DNA from: Raillietiella orientalis
Taxonomy: Eukaryota
Direction of reading: 5' to 3'
NCBI GenBank assembly: GCA_036172245.1
Contig: JAYWIR010000048.1
Span: 62,001-126,000 of the forward strand
DNA: 64,000 nucleotides
The notes under the pieces are model-generated. The model saw nothing but the letters and a program-made list of their open reading frames with translations. It was not told the origin of the DNA and did not search any database. This document shows, one piece after another, positions 1 through 13,517 of this stretch. Made by a program: the position numbers and the translations under genes. The stretch's first letter is position 1; each line of letters starts with the position of its first letter.

Positions 1-329
1 CTTTATGAACACAATTCACACACCGAAAACCTGCTCGAAACTGAAGTGTCAGGTTTGGTTGTGCACGAATTTGTTTTGTAGCAATTGCAGATGCTTTTCG
101 TGGGGCACTAGCTCAGCGTTTTACTGAGGACACCGTGTACGTCACCTGAGAGCCGATGAAAGTGGGGCGACCGCACCCCGAGAAGCGTCCTTAGGACGCT
201 TCGTGGCAGGTCGGGCATGGACTTCCGTGGCTGAGGCTCCAGCAGCTGCGGCCGCAGCTGAAATGAAGTCCCACCTGGTAGTGGGGTACAACCCACCCCT
301 GTCATGCACGGTAGACAATCTCTAGTCTC

Positions 330-620
330 CTGAGAGCGCGCGCGCTTTTTCGAAAGCACTGTGCTCAATAACTGTTTCTCAGGATGAACATCAGAAGCAG
401 CGGGCAGTGCGTGAAGGTGATTAGCAGGGAAGCTCAACGTCTGCATTGCACCCTCAACGTCTGCATTGCACCCATGTTCCTATAGGCAACTGCCGGTTCT
501 TCCCCATTAGAAAGGAGAAGTACTTCGTGGTCCACCTCCTCAGAATCACTTTTCGGATGTCCAAAGAGGCTGTCTGAAGAGAACTTGAAAAGTTCGGCAC
601 GATCCACGCGTTCTGAAGAA
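330..620 (+). mobile_element. Degenerate L1/Tx1-like ORF1 fragment (RRM-like part)
   Basis: Translates to VPIGNCRFFPIRKEKYFVVHLLRITFRMSKEAV*RELEKFGTIHAF*, similar to PLIVDGHNIYPVSMKPSVVVHPIGITKRMTRSVVSDELQTYGEVHALW of the minus-strand ORF1 next to it. It has internal stops. Confidence 0.45.
433..472. repeat. Perfect 20-bp tandem duplication (ctcaacgtctgcattgcacc x2)
   Basis: Directly visible at 433-452 and 453-472. Confidence 0.95.
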
Positions 621-699
621 AACCTTTATCGGAGCACGACTTCTCCCACGCAGTCTCGCCGCCTCCAGCACGGCTCACCCTCTGTCCAAACAGAGGGTT

Positions 700-1723
700 C
701 TCCTTCGCAAACCTCAGGCACGGCAGAAGCGGCGAGGGGAGGATCTTCGCCCCGGGTGGCAGCCTCGGGAACAGCGACACGCTCCAGTGCCACCGAGCAC
801 TGACGGAGGGTGTCGGGACGCGGATTCTTTTTTTTAATCGCGCCGGTAGCGACCTTCTCCGCTTTCTTTTCCATCTTTCTGAGAGGTTTTTCTTTTCTGG
901 CTTTAACCAGCTGTCATCCTTCTTCAACTTCCGCGTCTTCGGAAGTTTTTTCCTCCGATGCCTGTGTGGGAGGAAGGGGAGATGACGGCTGCTGCCGGCC
1001 ATTGGCACTCTTTGGTCTTTCGACTTGCTTACCACCCTTCGCCTGCTCCTATTTGGCGGCAGGGGCACCGGGGTGGGGCGTATAGAGCACACGCGCCGAA
1101 CGTGGCCCTGCTTCCCGCACAAGTGGCACTCAATGTTCGGGCACCTCTTGCGGAGGTGCCCTACTGCATTGCAGTAGCCATAGTACCTGGGCTTCCCCAC
1201 GGACCAGAGGTCGATCGACTCTTTTGCGACCTCCAGCTTGTGGGAGAGCCCACCATCCTCTTTAACAGTGATACGTTTTGCAGTCTGGCACCCGAAAAGG
1301 CTATTATAGCCCTCAAATAACGTGGGCTAGGTCCACAACGCGTGCACCTCTCCGTATGTTTGCAGTTCATCACTAACCACTGACCGCGTCATGCGCTTAG
1401 TGATGCCGATAGGGTGGACCACGACGGAGGGCTTCATGGATACCGGGTAGATATTGTGGCCATCTACGATCAGTGGGGTATTAATCAAGCGCTGGGTCAA
1501 GGTGATGTCTTTACACACTACCTCGAAGCGCTGACCCCCTCTGAGGACGGAGATGCTATCAAGATCTTCTTCCCTTATATTCATATTCTACAGTGCCTTA
1601 GTGAAAACGCGCGCCGTGTGACCATCAAACTGAGGACCCACCTTGTACACAAGCGAAGGCTTGTATCCAGTGGCCCTGTAGACAGCTTGTTTTGCCAGGG
1701 CTTCGGGTGACGGCGCGGTCACC
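700..1723 (-). mobile_element. L1/Tx1-like ORF1 (gag-like, RRM plus CCHC knuckles), pseudogenised
   Basis: ORFs 1588..2103, 1327..1584 and 454..1200 share one frame broken by two TAG codons. It contains YCNAVGHLRKRC and CHLCGKQGHVRRVC knuckles after an RRM-like segment. Confidence 0.75.
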
Positions 1724-1949
1724 ATGGCACTCCACGTCCTCGCCGGCGGCGGGAATGATCCTGGGGCAGATGCCCCATCTCTGTAGACTGAGAGGGTGAG
1801 TTTGCCTCCCCCACACCTACATCCATCGCGGTGTCCTGTGGCAACGTCTCTATCGGACACCGACGATGTGAACTCACACACAACACTGGAAAAACGCTTT
1901 TCGAACCTCACTGGTGAAGCGCAGGAAAAACACGTCCGCTCACGACGAG

Positions 1950-2270
1950 CAAGATTTGGGGTTGCCAACCGGGTGATAATTGACGTTGTGGTCTCTTTTA
2001 AAAGTCGTGCATCATCTCTACAGCATGTTCGAAAAGACAAAATCCGTAAATATGCGGAGATCGAAGCGCCACTTAGGCAACAGGGCCTGTGCACCAACAA
2101 CAAGCCTTTGCGAATGGAGCGCTATACTTATGGGATTCCGAAAACGACAAACTCTTAAAATTGCTCGGCATCCCTCACAGGACAATGACCTGGATCTCCC
2201 GACATCTATGCACCCAAATTATAAAATTCTTTAGAGACATATACATCAATCACATCTCTACACCCAACTC
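1950..2270 (+). mobile_element. NeSL/Utopia-like REL endonuclease C-terminal fragment (frameshifted)
   Basis: IIDVVVSFKSRASSLQHVRKDKIRKYAEI, then after a frameshift GALYLWDSENDKLLKLLGI...IKFFRDIYINHI. This resembles the DV..PFE..K..KY / GALGxWDPxN / SRDIYxEH tail of NeSL/Utopia elements. Confidence 0.7.
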
Positions 2271-2649
2271 TCGTGATTATCCATCGGAAATTCTTGAAGA
2301 AAATCTGCACCATGAGAACCTTGTCCGAGCACACACAGAGCCATGTTCTGTATCTCGAGAGGAAACACAAGTGCTCTCCTATCCCAGCATAGATCCGCGA
2401 GCAGATGACATCTTTTTAAACGGCTTCCCTACATAGCCAATAGTAAGAGCTAACCAGGTACCAACGTCACTCTAAAGGCGATTCAGATACAAAAGACTAA
2501 TTAAAATGTTCCCCATTAACAACTATGTTCTCAAAGACACTTCAAACCCCTGTGAAATTGAGATTCCCAAATTTGTAGTAAGCACTGACCTTCATATACG
2601 ACAAAAATGTAACAAAAAATGTCGCCATAAAAATCCTCAGCACCAACTC

Positions 2650-3890
2650 AAAGATGATACTCAAGAGCAACGAGCTTAAACTGTCGCCCTACCTGATACC
2701 CCGCCGCACCGGCACACCGTACACGAGGCGGCCGCTGAAACAGACGGAGATGAGCTCGTGGCGCCAGCATGAGCGCAAATGGACCACGAGGTGCACGGGC
2801 AGACCGAGGCGTTCTAGAAGCTCTAGAAGGAGTTCCTGGTGATGCAATGGAACGCTTTATGCAGATCAACTGCGATTGCTAGGGCCTCCATCCCTGTCCC
2901 ACTGCCGCTCGCATATGAGAGTTGCCGACAATCCGTTTTTTCTTATTCTCTTCCCTTTGCACATGGAACCATGTGCTGGCGAGGAACAGGTTCGCTTCCT
3001 TGCTTCGCCCGGGAGCAGCATAAGTCTGTTCCGGGTTAATGAAGCTGTCCGCTACCTGTCCCAGCCGCGCAACTCACAGCCCAGCCAGCAACTTGGCGTC
3101 CGTGTTCACAATCGTGATTGGACGCCAGTTGCTTAATTTACTGAGGTCTCCTCCCTTAAAAAGGAGCTTCACCCTGTCTGAACGAAACGAGTCGTGAACA
3201 TCACCTTCATCTCGGATCAGCCGTGTCAACTCGATCACCATTGAGGTCAGCTCTGCGGCGAAGCACTGAAAGAACTTCGCTTGCAGGCCGTCCTCCCTTG
3301 GCGCCTCACGCCTCTTGAGCCTTTTAATCGCGGTGATGATTTCACCGGTCGTAACAGGCTTGTCGAGCCTTTCTTTCTTCTCCTCCCTTAAGGCCGGGGC
3401 TCCATCGGGAAGCTGGAGCTGCGAGGCAACTTGCTCCGCAGGTGCCCTGGCGTAAGGGGAAGAATAAAAATCCTCTCACGAGGCGACGTATCGATGCCGC
3501 GTCTGAGTGTTCCAGGCGCATGGTGAAGTCGCCTGCAATCACGTGGACCTTGCATGCGCCTGTCATCCAGCCATCTGCGCTGCAGGGAGTCGAAAAAGTC
3601 TTTCCGTTCCCTTTGCAGATGGGAGCCACTCGTCGCTTAGACGTTGGTGACGACGTGGTCGATCGAGGCGGACCACTTGAGCACAAGCAGACCGACCCGA
3701 GCTTTATCGTTGAACCCGCTCGAGTTACTGAGTCCACACCGTCAATGCAGTCTTCCTCCCGCGATGCGCATCCTCGTCCGAGATCACGTGGGTCTCTTCG
3801 AGGAGCGTCGAGTCGAAGTTTCGCAGGGCATGGGCTTTTTCGCGTCTTTGTCTGTCGTCACGCAGGCCATTCATGTTCTAAACGGCTACG
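2650..3890 (-). mobile_element. Degenerate ORF2 APE endonuclease region of an L1/Tx1-like element
   Basis: NMNGLRDDRQRREKAHALRNFDSTLLEETH matches the NVNGL...LQETH motif and HVIAGDF matches the GDFN motif. There are multiple frameshifts and the downstream boundary is approximate. Confidence 0.65.
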
Positions 3891-4769
3891 CACAAGCGAC
3901 GGGAGAACGCGATTCCGTGCATTACTGCCGGAAATCTGCCGGTGTAGCGTACGCCAGGCTCGCAACCGGCGCGGTGATTGAGCGGGAAGAACCTGAACCA
4001 CATCTTCTTCCATCCTTTCTTTTTGTGCAGGGTCCGCTGGGTGGCCTCCACGGAGAATTCCGGAGAACCTTCCTGCATCCTTCATAATTTGGAGGCTTCC
4101 TCTTGCTCGACTTTGGTCGGGAGCATCTAGCCTCTTTGGCCTTCCGCAATGTCGAGCGGCGAGCCTCTTGCTCGGGCAAAAGGTTTCAGCTTCGGCTGGG
4201 GAGGACACCTGGAGGGATCCTTCTGTGGATCTCCAGATTCCCCTCCGGCCGGCCTTTGCTGAGCCTCGCGTTGTTACGCCTCCGGCGGTCGGCGGCTTAG
4301 CAATCACAGCGTTCGCCGTTGCGCCGTTGAGTGCATCTGCGTGGAGACTAAGAGAAGTGGCCGCCGTGTCGATCACACTGTTATTTCGGAGGTCACTGAT
4401 CTCAACGATAACGACATCCGCAGTCTGCCTAAAAGCGCAATCGATGGCGCCTTTCGCCGCCTACTTAGCTTCAGGTCGCAAAAGTCGAGGATTTTTTCTT
4501 TTATTTGAATGTTTTTGTTTTTAAATTTTTGGCGGGCCACCACCGTCCAGCCTTCTTTCTCCTGTGCTGCCTCAGTGACGATGGGACTCACCTCGGCTGC
4601 ATCGGAAAAGGGACCTGCTAGCATCCCCCATCTGTTTTCCTCCTTTGAAGGAAATCTCGCGCAATGTGTTTTCTTTATTCTTATTTCTATTTTTTTTTTT
4701 GCTTTTTATTTTATTTTGTTTGTTCTGTTCCGGTGCGTTCTTGGAAGGTCTGCCGGGTCTGAGAGGGCA

Positions 4770-5430
4770 GAAGAATTATTTGCGTCCGCTCTTCATGCAT
4801 CTGAAGCATACAATGTCGGGGCACCTTCTCTTCAGGTGACACGATTTGCTACAGTACGTGCACATCTTTGACTTCCCGGACGACTTCACGCGCTCCGGCC
4901 AGCTCGCTGATTATCCCCTGGGAGCCTAGGAAGACGCTTGGCTCTGATCACAGTGCGTGGACCGTCCCGTACTATTGCGGTGAGCGGACGACTGCTTCTT
5001 TAATCATCTTCACCGTAACTCTGGTAAGGTGCACGACCATGGAGCGGTCCTCCGTCACTGGGAAGAGATTGTGCCCTCCGATTGTGATCGGGGTGTGCAT
5101 CAGTCTTTGGGCAAGGCTTGCTTCCTTGCAAGCCACTTCGACTGTGTCCATCGCTCAGAATAAAGAAGGCGAAGAGCTCCTCCTGTTCAACTTGCAACTT
5201 GTGCAGCTCCTCCGAAAAGGAGAGCAGCACTGCAGAATCCCATAACTGACCTACCTTGTACCTCAGTCACGGGTTGTAGCCCGAGGAGAGGTAGACTTCG
5301 GCCTCTGCTGCAGCTGCTGGCGAAGATCCCGCAGCCACGGCGGTTCCTGAGGCGCTCCACATCGTCCTCTTGTGGGACGTCGACTTCTCTGCGGAAGGAA
5401 CTGGATCCACCTCCGCCGCCCTGGGCTTTA
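4770..5430 (-). mobile_element. Degenerate L1/Tx1-like ORF1
   Basis: QRLMHTPITIGGHNLFPVTEDRSMVVHLTRVTVKMIKEAVV...YGTVHAL is homologous to the ORF1 at 700-1723, and CPDIVCFRCMKSG is a knuckle remnant. It lies upstream of the APE fragment on the same strand. Confidence 0.6.
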
Positions 5431-5574
5431 GAGCTTTCACCCCTATTCCCTGGGCTTTACTGACAAGGCCACTTAGCATTCCAGTCATCGGACCGCTGCC
5501 AAATACAATCACACACCAAACCAAACACCGAACTCGCAGAGTGCGACAATGCACCTCCGACAGGCGGGTGGCGG

Positions 5575-6030
5575 TGATTTCACGCCCGGATTCGCCAGGA
5601 TGTTTATTACTCTTACAAGGATCGATGGAGCCAAAAGGCCCAGCGATTCCAAGTATGACACTAAAAAGACAAAGGGGTAAGCCAGCGAGGTCCATCACGT
5701 CTACAAAGGGGAAGGAGGAAAAAACAAAACTAGGAATCAAAGAAAGAAATTATAACAAACAATAAAAATTAGCAAATAAAAAATGTCCAGGACAAAGGGA
5801 AAGGATCACATTTCGTGGTAGATGAGGCCTGTGCATCCGATGAGGGATGCCGGCGAGCTCCTCCTTCTCCCTTTCCAGGTGGGGTCACCTCAAAGCTATC
5901 TGCAGGAAGCAGATGGTATTGAGGACAGACCCTGTCGCTCCGGCCTCTCTCGGCGTTGCACTAAGCCGCTGCGACGACGCGCGAGCAGCATAGCGCTGCG
6001 ATTGCGGCTGCGGATGGCATGGCGTCCCGC
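5575..6030 (-). mobile_element. Family A non-LTR 3' end (C-terminal motif plus 3' UTR)
   Basis: AAIAALCCSRVVAAA...LR*PHLEREKEELAGIPHRMHR, followed by a T-rich 3' UTR and AATAAA at 5603-5608. Confidence 0.65.
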
Positions 6031-6420
6031 ACGAAGAGTGGTCTTGATGAATCTCTGGGATCGTCCACGGGGCGCGGTGATCGCAACCATGGGTTGCATC
6101 CGCGCCGTCGTCACAGTCCAGCATGTGCTGGAAACCACCACACTGCGAAAGGAAGTCACCATAATGGCAACCGTCTGCATCAGGGTGGCTGCAAGGTGGC
6201 CTCACCTGGAAGAGACGAAGACGTAGATAACCGACATGCAGCTCCGGTTGGTGGATCATTAGGAGCGGCCGATTCCGGTGACCCTGATCCCTTGTTTCCT
6301 TTATTTATTTATTCAACTATTTGTATCTTTTCTTTCTTTATCTGTTTTTGCTCAGCAATTTTCCCTGTTTGTTTGTTTGTTTTGCTTTGATCCGGGGGTG
6401 TGCGGGGCGAATCCGAAAAT
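6030..6420 (+). mobile_element. Divergent family A 3' end
   Basis: AVIATMGCIRAVVTV...IRVAARWPHLEETKT is homologous to the LCCLRGIVAAW...AARWSHLENTK motif and is followed by a T-rich tract. Confidence 0.5.
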
Positions 6421-6559
6421 CGCTGCACCATCCCACCCAATTTGATTTATTTTTGTTGCTCTCTTGTCTCTCCCCCGTTTCAGACCTTTCATCATCCCGG
6501 CTTGCGTGCCGATGGACCCTCTCCTCTGTTTTTTCGTCAGTTCTCGTCCATTCGACGTT

Positions 6560-7830
6560 CTCGTCCAAACGCAACTCGCTCACGGCACAAGGAACGGTCT
6601 CCTGCAGAAAGAACGCCACGCTGCACGAGTGTGCAGTGTTGCCTTTCCCCCGTGCCTCTCCTGATGCTGTCGTTTTTCTGCTCCGAGATGCGGTGGATTT
6701 CCCTGATGCAAAGCGTGGTTGAGAGCGCCAGGGTTTCCTCCCCCGCTCTTTTCTTTTCTTTGGCGTGCAGCCCTTAAGGGCGGTCTTCCTGAATTGGAGC
6801 TGACGCTGGCTCTAACGTGAAGAGGCCAAGACCACCGTCCCGACTTCAAGCACACAAGACTTTCGAGCGGACTCTGGACCTCCCTTTTCCCTCACAGGGC
6901 TTTTTGTAGGGAAATGTCATTTCATACTGCATTTGATGGTGAGGCACCGAGAATTGTGGACACGAAGAAAAAGCATCGCCAGTTTCACTCGGAGGTGGTG
7001 TCATCGAGTCATCCAAGAACAATGCCCCCTGGTGGCAGTATTGGCCTACCGGAATACCATCCATCCGATAGAGAGTTTGAGCATCTCTGGGATACTGAAG
7101 GAAAGCTCATCTTGCGGGTGGGTTTCTGTCGTGGATTTCCCTCAGGAGAGACTGAGCTGCGAAGGACGTGGTAGGTGCGCGTCCACTCCTTCTGATCCCG
7201 TGTCAGCATTTGGAGCACAGCAGGCAATTTGTCATCCGGAGTTCGTTCGGTGCGCGGTAGGCAACCGAGCGGCGTTTCTGCACGCTTTGGTCAACGCAGC
7301 ACGGTGCTCTGCGGAAAGGAAGACTCCAAGGAGATTTCTGAAGTTTCGCAGATTCCCGGAAAGACCATCGACCGAGAGCTGCTCGGCCGCCGCGCGGTAA
7401 AAAGTGCACGTCGCAACCGAGAAGGAGAAGAGGCTGTCGTCGTGTCTGCTGCCTCCTTGGACCACTGACCAGGTGACGTCGTAGGGGAAGTGCGAGGAGG
7501 TGCGATGGTCCTTCAAGGATGCGGGGGTGCCCAGGGTGCTCCTGGATGGCCTCCAGGTCAAGTCATGCAGGTGGCACCCGTTAAACGAAATGAACGAAAG
7601 GCGACATTCAGAGGAGATGCCTGGTGGGAAGCGAAGTGCCGTGACCCGCTGCTCTCTGGCACCCAACGGACTCCGCCTCACGCGAAGCCACGCAGAGGTC
7701 CAATCGCGATCGGAGGACACTCAAGAGGGCCGTTTGAAGCGAACCGAATATCCCGCAGGCAGGGTTGGGCGGCTGTCGCAGGGTTGGACGAAGAAGGCGC
7801 TGGTACTAAGAAGACTGTTCGACTGAGGTA
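6560..7830 (+). mobile_element. Possible highly degenerate RT/post-RT fragment
   Basis: Only weak motif remnants (SLSISGIL; W...ERLSCEGR) within a GC-rich retroelement island. Confidence 0.3.
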
Positions 7831-9526
7831 GCCGAATGATGCCGCATGAATTTGGTGCTGCAAAAGTTTCCTGTGAAAAAATTGCGTGTCAGATAAACTT
7901 CATATTTGATGGATTTAGTGTCGGATAGGTTTCGTTTGAAAAAATTCCTACTTGAAAAATTTTCGTTAGCGTGTGTTGAATAAATTTGGTGGTAGATAAA
8001 GTTAGGATTGGATCATTCTGGCATTCAATAACTTTCGTGCTAGAGGAATTCAGTGTTTCACTTATCAGGTGAGAGTTTGGTTTTTTACTAACTTCCTCAT
8101 TTCGTTGGAGTGCCAATTTCGGTTCATTCACCGATACCCTCCTTCAAACGGCGATTCCCGAGGAGTTAGCACAGTTCACTTCCATTTTTGTTCTCAGCAT
8201 GGTGGAACAAACCAAATGAAGAGTGGCAGAGGTCTTTCCTGAATTTCGATGTCTTAGGTCAGGTAGCATCGGGACTGGAAGTCTTTAAACTTGGGAACTT
8301 GAGTCTCATGCCGAAAGAAAAATTCCTTTCACACGAACCCAAGCCTTCTTTCAACAGCCGCAGATATGCACGTTATGATCTCCATGACCGCACATCCAAA
8401 TGCTTCAATTGGAAAAGTGTCACAGCCCATGGTTTTAAACGAAAGAAAAAGGGTTCCAGAAAGATGTTAACTAGAGCAAAAGAAAAGTGCAATTTTTACA
8501 GAAGTTCACAGCGAAGCAGCCGAGATCGCATATCTCGCCGAGTACAGGAGCACTGATTAAAATATATAGCATTTCCTTGGTTAAAATAAGGGTGTTCAGC
8601 AGAGCGTTTTCCTTTATCAGATATGGTATGCTTGTCGTAACTTTTGCTGGAATGAAAAGCTTCCCATCGACATGAAGAGAAAATGTCCTTGACACCAAGA
8701 TCGTGAAAACACCTTCTGTGCATATGGCTCATCCCTGTCTACGGTGTCACCACTTGACAGTCGCACGGAACCGCGTGAGGGAACACCTTCTCCGCGCGCC
8801 TTCGTGGCAATAGGATCATGATCCAATTTCAGGAAACATCTCGGTTCTGGAACGATCCCACACGAAAGCACGTGTTTCAAAAAGCGAACCGTGTTGCTCT
8901 CACTTGGCTCTTCTCGCCACGTGCTTGCAGCATCCGGAGCCTCTCTGCTCTCGAGCTCTTCGCCCGCCTCCCACCGGCGGTGGGCCGCCCTGAGCGCTGT
9001 CTCGCTGACTTCGCGCGGAGGTTGCGGTTCCTTGGAGCTTGAAAATTGCGTTAATTCGTGTGGCTCGGCTGCTCCCTCCGTCACCCAGCAAAAAGTAATT
9101 TCGTAGGGATCACGTTGCCTTTTTTTCTTTTGCAAGCGTGGTCCATTTGCAGTATTTGGAGAGAAATGCTTCATTGGTAAGTCCCCTTGCGAACGTAATA
9201 GTGAGTGGGAGCCAAACGTTCATTCGATGTCATTTGTATGGTGATCTTTATGGAAAACAATACGTGCTCCCGTGTGATAACTGCTAAGAAGCAGTGTTAA
9301 AATAAGTCTTGTGTACAAAGTAGTACCCTACCCTTTTGAAATATGATGAACTGATTTTTAGAATGTAGTTGTCCGCGGAATACAATCTGCAGTATGATTG
9401 GCCCAGTGAACTGCCTAGGGCATTACATCAAGAAATAAAAAAAGTGAATTTATCAGTCTATGTCTCAAGGAATATTAATGGATCCATTTAGCGTTTGAAT
9501 GTTTTGATGCGCATTGATGGTTTGCA

Positions 9527-10789
9527 ATGGCAGCAGCAAATTCTAGTCTTCCGCAAGTCATGACAGTACCAAAATATTTGATAACCTACAGTTATCTGGG
9601 AACAGGATTCAGGTTTCGTTCTGATTTTCATATTTAAAATCTATGCTTGCTTCAGAGGTTCTCAAAGAGCTTTAGGCAGGAATACAGTGGATAGCTACAC
9701 TATTCAAGGATTCTTGGAAGAAGGTCTCAAACGTCTAAACTGCTCTTCACACCCTAGGGTTTATCCGTGTTCCAGGTTGAGAAATGATTTTTACAGTTGA
9801 TTTCTAGCATGATTTAGGACAGATGCAGGAGTCCATGCTCTTTATTCTTCAGCCCACACATGGCTCCATCATCCGAATTGGCCCTCTGCTTCCTACTGTG
9901 CTTACTTTGTTTTCAGAAGTCTCAACAACTTTTTCTCAGAGAAAGATGTACCCATCAGGTGTGGAAAGTGGCTGTTCAACAAATTGTGATTTGAAAAATG
10001 TACCTGCAGGGTGAGAAGAGTTCTACGTGTTGCAGAAGAGTTTAGCTGCCAAAAGAGTATCCACTCCAAAACCTACCTGTACCGTCTTGTTGTTTCTTCA
10101 GAATGTGACCATCCAGTTCCCAGATACCTAAATCGAACATCAATTCTACCCATTACCGAAGCTAATAGATGTGGTTGCATAGGGTGAGCAGGAGGAATGG
10201 AAACAAGAACATGATATTCCTCAGCCAGCCTTTCAACATTGACCTAGCCATGAAGGCTCTTACTCTCCTGCAGGGCTTACATGACTTTGCATCTTTCATG
10301 AAGCCTTCCAAGAGGGATATACAAATGAATACCATGAGAAACATGGATGCTATCTGGATAACACCTGCAAGGGGCATGTTAGATGAACTATGTGATCCCT
10401 TGTATAGTGCACTACGTTTTTATCACTTTTGGTTCAAATCCACAGGTTTTCTACGATGCCAGGTAAAAATTTCTTCTTGAGTGATTATTGCATTTTGTAC
10501 ATAGATTAGAAGAATGATGGCAGCCATAATAGGAGTGGGTCAAGGGAGAATCACACTTCAGGATTTGAATGAACTTTTGCATGAACCTAGCCCACAAACT
10601 TGGAACAAGTATGCACTTGAACATGCTCCATCTGAGGGACTGTATCTTGTCACACAAGACTACAGTTCCTCCATTCCTTGTTCATTGTCACCCTGTGATG
10701 ATACAGCCAAATTAAAGTCTCCTTGCACCTTTTGCTTGCACCTACTAAAGAAGCAACATCGCTCCAAAAGGAACCAGGCTCCTTCTTGA
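9527..10789 (+). CDS. PUSL1: tRNA pseudouridine synthase, TruA family (PUSL1-like), 6 exons
   Basis: The spliced translation gives KYLITYSYLGTGF, SRTDAGVHA (catalytic Asp motif), GLHDFASF, GFLRCQIRRMMAAI and APSEGLYL. GT-AG introns lie at about 9613-9655, 9776-9817, 9959-10009, 10184-10224 and 10463-10504. Confidence 0.88.
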
Positions 10790-13517
10790 AAGGTCTATTT
10801 CAATGGAATGTAAAAAATAAAAGTGGGTTTGTTCGTGCTTGTACCCTAACTGCTTTTCTTCAGTCTATGAGGAAATGAAATCAAAGGAGAAAGCAGGCGA
10901 TTTATTGTCTTGTGATTGTATTCTCAACTGGATTGAGTTTCCAGACGAGGAACAAGAATTCACATACATAGGTACCCTTGCAAGAGAAGAATAAACACAT
11001 TTACATTTGCAGCAATCATTTATTTTTTCAGGTATCTTTATATTTTGTCAGTTTCTTTCGATTGTTCTTTTATGCTTGACCAAGAACGAGTCCATGATTC
11101 AGCTTTTCAGCCTGTATCCCTTCTGCTATAGAATTACTGTAACTCATCACCATCCTACTTTTAAAATCAGCATCTCCATCGCACATCCACCCCAAAAAAA
11201 ATTTCCTCGTCCTCACCTCACCATTTTTAAGCATTGCCATTCAGGATTCCTCTTCATTGTGGAAATCGAATCCAAATGTTTCACACTTGCATCCTCCATT
11301 ACAGATTCGAGGTTCGAATTTCAACAACTTGCCCTTGCGTCCAAGCTGTGCGACACCTTGGTACACTCCTGTACGAATGCTCGCCCAGTACACAAGCGGT
11401 TGCGACGGACCGACTTTGGTAATCGCGACCGACGTTTGGCTCCCAACTTCGTCCAAGGGTTTCCTTGATGCAACGATATCCCTGCATCTCCACCTTCCCC
11501 GAAAACGGAACAAGCTGCAAGAGTTCCTTTTCGAGTACAACAAAATCGACGCCGCGAGCGAGTACAGAACACATCTGCCTACGAAACAGCACATGCAGCT
11601 GTACGCCGCTGACGGAAAGCGTGAAGAAGACCAGGAATGTGCACTGGACAACGTCCAAACCTCTTGGTCCGTTGCTGCCCACCCTGAGATGAACAATGAA
11701 CAGGCAACTTGCAGGGGTGTGGGAAGCCACGTGTACAACACAAAATCAAAACAAACAGATGGACCACGCGTTCCTCGACGAACGGCGGCTTTCCCGAATG
11801 GATGAGAAGGATGGCGTGCCGTCCATGTTCACCGACCAAACAGGGCTGGAATGGGAGCTTCTTCCGTAAGGCAAGGAATCTCCATTGCAAGTCCGAAGGA
11901 TGCAGGCCGACAGATCAAGCCCTCGGGTGGCCGCGAAACGCCTTCGCCAGCACCTCCGGGGCTTCGTCGTTCAGCAGCTTGCGGACTGAGACCATCTGAA
12001 AAGAGCGGTCTGCCAGTTTTGCTGCCCGTTCTTGCACCTGCTCCCCTCGGCTTCCGGGAAGGTGTGGCCAACAGCAGAGCGCTTCTGCAGACTCGCACCC
12101 CTTTTTCCACATTCCCGGATGACTGGCACCTCACGGAGTATGAGGCGAGGGCCGAGCGTTCGGTCTGGCAGTCTGGAGCAGCTGGTCTGTTCGACGATGA
12201 GGACCGGGGACGCTCGACCGCCACCGATGTTTCTCAACCGGATTTCCCGGTGCATTTATCATTAAGAAATCTCATACTCCATTCGTGATAACATCGGTTC
12301 CTGATAAAACACTTGATTCGATCACGTTCGGGAGACCGGTACTGAGAAGTCGGCCAAGCGCGCCGTTTCGGAAGACACGAATGCGGTGACCAAGTGCACG
12401 AGCTCGAAATGAACACCGTGCAATGGCGGCCGCCCCATCAACATGCCCGGAAAAAAACAAAAACCAGCCTTTTTGCAAGAGAAAGATTTTATTTACACAT
12501 TCCCCTGGGACGCCTCCCCCTTGGTGTCCCAGGGGGTCCCCTGACCGCAGCTATAGCAGCACGCCTATCCCCTCACAGGGCCTCGTCTCCTGAAATGGAG
12601 CCTAAGAACAACTCAATACAAGGTGGCATGGATTTAGCTCACTGAACTTCAGATCAAGGGAAGTGTTCCCGTGGTATATATTGGAAGGCAGGTTGGGCCA
12701 TGATCATGATGTAAAAACCTATAAACAGAGGATGAAAACACATAAACTGGGGTGGTGTATCAGACTCCACATGTGACTAAAATCACCTGTTTTAGTATGA
12801 TTGGTCATAACTAAAACTGAGTAAGTCGTGAAGGCTTATGAAACTCATGACTTATTCACACACAACATTTGCGAGTCGGGTACACTAAACAACATATGAT
12901 GATAACAGACTTCAATTATACAGGGACCTTTTTTGCATCCACATATGAAAATACAATAATCAATAAAAATATTTCACAACTTGTGTTCAAATCAACAAAG
13001 GGCTCAAAATGTATGCGGAATGAAGAATGCTAACATTCTTCCCCTTTTGGTTAATGCAAATAGTGAAATTATGGGCTAATCCATTTTCGTCTATTTATCC
13101 ATCAATACCATTAACACAAATAATTCAATTGTTTTTACAATAATACTTGTTTCTTTTTTTCTTTCATTTTCGCTAAGAGCTCCAACAAATGCCATTCATA
13201 AGTGAAAAACATGATTCAAACAATGAACAGAATGACTTTTAAAGTTTTCATTTAGAACAATCATGTAAGTTCTACTGCCAAGAATTTTTTGGCAAGCAGT
13301 CATTCCATGCTCAAGCCTATTTTCTAGTATTTCTAATAAAGCAAATGTTCCTTGTTAGAATTCGAAAAAAATAAAAATCTGGCAATTTCTGTTGAAACTC
13401 TTGCTCTTCTTACTATTTAGACACTACTGCACAGGCTAAAAACTCCACTGCACTCTAAATACTCTATAAATAAACATTCCATAAAAGGCAATTAACGAAG
13501 TTGAGCATATAAATCAT

